From contig CAWHAE010000010.1 in the NCBI GenBank assembly GCA_963827235.1, positions 320,001 to 384,000 on the forward strand: 64,000 bases of DNA. Reading direction: 5' to 3'. The notes beneath the pieces are model-generated. The model was not told where the DNA came from. It did no database searches and saw nothing but the letters and a program-made list of their open reading frames with translations. This DNA comes from an uncultured bacterium. GTDB taxonomy: Bacteria; Chloroflexota; UBA5177; JANWHV01. Position 1 is the stretch's first letter. Every line of letters begins with the position of its first letter. The position numbers were made by a program, and so were the translations under genes. This document shows positions 63,060 through 64,000 of this stretch, one piece after another.

Positions 63060-64000
63060 TCAGGCGCCTGCGCAGCAGTCCGGCAGGAGGCCCACGGCGA
63101 CCACATCTTCCAACGCCGCGACGACGTCCGGGTCAAACCGGCTGCCCGAGGCATGCCGTATCTCGGCCACCGCCTCCTCCGGCGTCATCGCGTCCTCGGA
63201 GGGGCCGTGCGTGGTGAGGGCATCGTACTCATCCACTACGGCTACGATACGCGCGGCCAGAGGGATGTCCTCTTCGGCCAGACCGTCCGGATATCCCTTG
63301 CCGTCCCAGCGCTCGTGGTGAGCGCGGATGACCGGCGCCAGGCCGCGCAGTGCCGGGACGCGACCGACCACTTCGGCGCCGGTAGCCGAATGGCGGCACA
63401 AGATGGCCCGTTCCTCGGCGGTGTGTGGTTCCGGCATCCGGAGGACTGCGTCGGGCATGGCGACCATGCCCACGTCGTGGAGCCGCGCGGCCATCTTCAC
63501 CATGTGCGCGTCTCCGGTATCAAGATGCAGCACCCGGGCGATGCAGAGTGCCAGCTCGGCCGCGCAGATCGTATGCCGGGCGGTGCAGGAATCCCGAGCG
63601 TCGACCAATGCTGCCAGTGCTTCCACGGTGCCGGTTACCGTGGCTTCTTCTCGCGAGCCGTCATTCCCGGCCTGCCCTGCTGAGTCGCCGGCCACGCGCA
63701 CTCGATTGCGTCCCAGGTGCTTGGCGTCATACATGGCTCGGTCGGCGGCCTCCACCAGTGTTTCACTCCTGGTGCCGTCGGCGGGATAGACCGCGACGCC
63801 GATCGAGCAGGTCAGATGAATGCCGCCGGCGGCTGGAAAGGAGTGAGCAGACACGGCGGCGCGCACCCGCTCGGCGGCCTGAGCCGCCTGCGTGTCGGTC
63901 TCCGGAAGGAGCATCAAGAATTCCTCGCCGCCCCACCGCCCCACCGTGTCGGTGCCGCGCAGGCCCCTGCGCATGACGGTTGCCAGATCGCGCAAAATCA
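63060..64000 (-). CDS. GGDEF + HD-GYP domain protein (5' end outside the window)
   Basis: 'RWGGEEF', 'ADRAMY.AK..GRN', 'LHDVG', 'HHERWDGKGYP'. Confidence 0.9.
   Translation of the reverse strand, partial: ILRDLATVMRRGLRGTDTVGRWGGEEFLMLLPETDTQAAQAAERVRAAVSAHSFPAAGGIHLTCSIGVAVYPADGTRSETLVEAADRAMYDAKHLGRNRVRVAGDSAGQAGNDGSREEATVTGTVEALAALVDARDSCTARHTICAAELALCIARVLHLDTGDAHMVKMAARLHDVGMVAMPDAVLRMPEPHTAEERAILCRHSATGAEVVGRVPALRGLAPVIRAHHERWDGKGYPDGLAEEDIPLAARIVAVVDEYDALTTHGPSEDAMTPEEAVAEIRHASGSRFDPDVVAALEDVVAVGLLPDCCAGA

Noticed and set aside
62940-63060. c-di-GMP riboswitch-like structure near the GGDEF/HD-GYP gene
   Set aside because: It lies at the 3' ends of convergent genes and matches the consensus poorly.

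Overview
High-GC bacterial genomic DNA. Chloroflexota is my best guess, from the GroEL C-terminal insert, HWDG-type repeats, a GAAC-N4-GTTC-like box and an XRE-STAND gene; this is inference only. I saw no rRNA, tRNA, CRISPR array or intact mobile element. From left to right: a sugar ABC/LacI/GH38 cluster containing a groEL paralog with no groES (0.2-10.5 kb); a plastic region (10.5-20.7 kb) with a large XRE-TIR-STAND-TM-14xWD40 NLR-like gene, a 300-bp upstream copy of that gene's 3' end, a divergent small secreted Cys protein and several gene remnants; a two-gene NRPS-like unit (half-C-A-T plus a TubC_N-docked Cys-thioesterase, A domain lacking Asp235) divergent from an Ldh_2 reductase; a frameshifted 5xPAS histidine kinase fused to a LacI-type sugar-binding domain; a FecR/beta-helix secreted repeat protein; and mostly ordinary genes (DLH, OsmC, MCP, Na+/H+ antiporter, mltG, GT2, PIG-L, hydrolases, a PTS-dependent dha operon, MFS/TetR, plsY, a partial GGDEF/HD-GYP gene). 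The best candidates for an undescribed system are the membrane-spanning XRE-TIR NLR locus and the docked mini-NRPS. All domain calls come from reading motifs by eye; no database searches were run.
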